Below, in pieces: positions 63,012 to 64,000 of a stretch of DNA of 64,000 bases. Positions within the stretch are counted from its first letter, which is position 1. The number at the start of each line of letters is the position of its first letter. Location: positions 12,648 to 76,647 of the forward strand of contig CAZMEL010000002.1 in NCBI GenBank assembly GCA_964565225.1, given 5' to 3'. The DNA is from an uncultured Thermoanaerobaculia bacterium (GTDB lineage: Bacteria > Acidobacteriota > Thermoanaerobaculia > Multivoradales > J023). The position numbers were made by a program, and so were the translations under genes. The notes below the pieces were generated by a model that saw only the letters and a program-made list of their open reading frames with translations, searched no databases and had not been told where the DNA came from.

Positions 63012-64000
63012 ATGAAGTCTTCCCGCTGGACATTTTTGAAGCGTCACCTGGAAGGCCAGCTCGATCCCGAAGAGTTCGAGACCTGGTTCGTTCCCTTGCG
63101 GGTTCAATCCGAGAATCCAAACCGTCTGGTTCTGGTAGCGCCTCATCAACAGTTCGTCAATACGCTGGAGCAGAGCTATCGCCCCGCGGTCGATCGAGCC
63201 GTGGCGGATCTCCAAGATCCGGTCGAGGTGCTCTTCACCTTCGATTCTACGGAAGAATCTACGGCTCCTCTGCCCGCGTCTTCCCAATTCGATCCCAGGT
63301 ATCGATTCGAGAACTTCGTCGTCGGTGGATCCAACCAATTCTGCCACGCGGCGGCCCGAGCGGTTGCCGAGAGCCCTTCCCATTCCTACAATCCGCTGTT
63401 CCTCTACGGTGGAGTGGGTCTGGGCAAGACCCACCTCATGCACGGAATTGGTCACCACATCATCGAACGCCATCCGAATCTGCGAGTGATGTACTTGCCG
63501 GCGGAGCAGTTCGTCAACGAGCTCATCAACTCGATCCGCTTCGATCGGATGCCGGCCTTTCGTGATCGCTACCGGACCATCGACGTCCTGCTGATCGACG
63601 ACATCCAGTTCATCTCCAACAAAGAGCGAACCCAGGAAGAGTTCTTCCACACCTTCAACACGCTCTACACCAGCCAGAAGCAGATCATCATTTCGTCGGA
63701 CTCCTCTCCACGACGAATCCCCGCCCTGGAAGAGCGTCTGCGCAGTCGATTCGAATGGGGTCTGATCGCCGATATCCAGCCTCCAGAGCTCGAGACCAAG
63801 ATCGCGATCCTACGGCGCAAGGCCGAGATCGAGGCCATCGACCTGCCGGACGACGTGGCGCTCTTCATCGCCCAACACGTCAAGACCAACATTCGAGAGC
63901 TCGAGGGCCTTCTGACCCGGGTGGTCGCTTTCGCCAAGCTGACCGGTCGACCCATTTCCCTCGATCTCACCAAGGACACCCTGCGCGACATCCTGCCGCA
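63012..64000 (+). CDS. dnaA: chromosomal replication initiator DnaA, 3'-truncated at window edge
   Basis: Not in the ORF track (no stop within window). Translation from ATG 63012 gives MKSSRWTFLKRHLEGQLDPEEFETWFVPLRV..., AAA+ Walker A GGVGLGKTHL, Walker B LLIDDIQF, sensor motifs. Confidence 0.9.
   Translation, partial: MKSSRWTFLKRHLEGQLDPEEFETWFVPLRVQSENPNRLVLVAPHQQFVNTLEQSYRPAVDRAVADLQDPVEVLFTFDSTEESTAPLPASSQFDPRYRFENFVVGGSNQFCHAAARAVAESPSHSYNPLFLYGGVGLGKTHLMHGIGHHIIERHPNLRVMYLPAEQFVNELINSIRFDRMPAFRDRYRTIDVLLIDDIQFISNKERTQEEFFHTFNTLYTSQKQIIISSDSSPRRIPALEERLRSRFEWGLIADIQPPELETKIAILRRKAEIEAIDLPDDVALFIAQHVKTNIRELEGLLTRVVAFAKLTGRPISLDLTKDTLRDILP

Overview
High-GC (about 67%) bacterial chromosomal segment, probably from an Acidobacteria-, Gemmatimonadetes- or delta-proteobacteria-like organism. 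Positions 1-22286 are one tightly packed block with every gene on the + strand. It runs thrB, a diiron protein, FAAL-ACP-acyltransferase, a 1756-aa exonuclease/RecQ/UvrD fusion protein, a secreted beta-lactamase/SGNH hydrolase, fumarylacetoacetase plus acetoacetyl-CoA synthetase, a secreted S1 protease, then type III PKS-methyltransferase-ACP-FAAL-FAD monooxygenase. The pieces are consistent with alkylresorcinol/alkylpyrone-type lipid biosynthesis. Positions 22-36 kb hold transporters (SSS, MMPL, ABC), a SMUG1-like glycosylase, thrC, HU and a hybrid histidine kinase. A complete Rrf2-sufBCDSUT operon lies at 36.8-43.1 kb. The final third is the classical origin-proximal housekeeping region: lepB x2, bactofilin, parB-parA-rsmG-jag-yidC-yidD-rnpA-rpmH on the minus strand, two tRNA-Ser, tadA, SRP RNA, dnaX-ybaB-recR, mutY and the start of dnaA with DnaA-box-like motifs. 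No CRISPR array, transposase or integrase was seen. Many long antisense ORFs in the track are GC-driven artefacts. The most unusual element is the single-polypeptide DnaQ-like exonuclease + RecQ (SF2) + UvrD (SF1) fusion, co-oriented with and 7 nt downstream of a lipid gene cassette.
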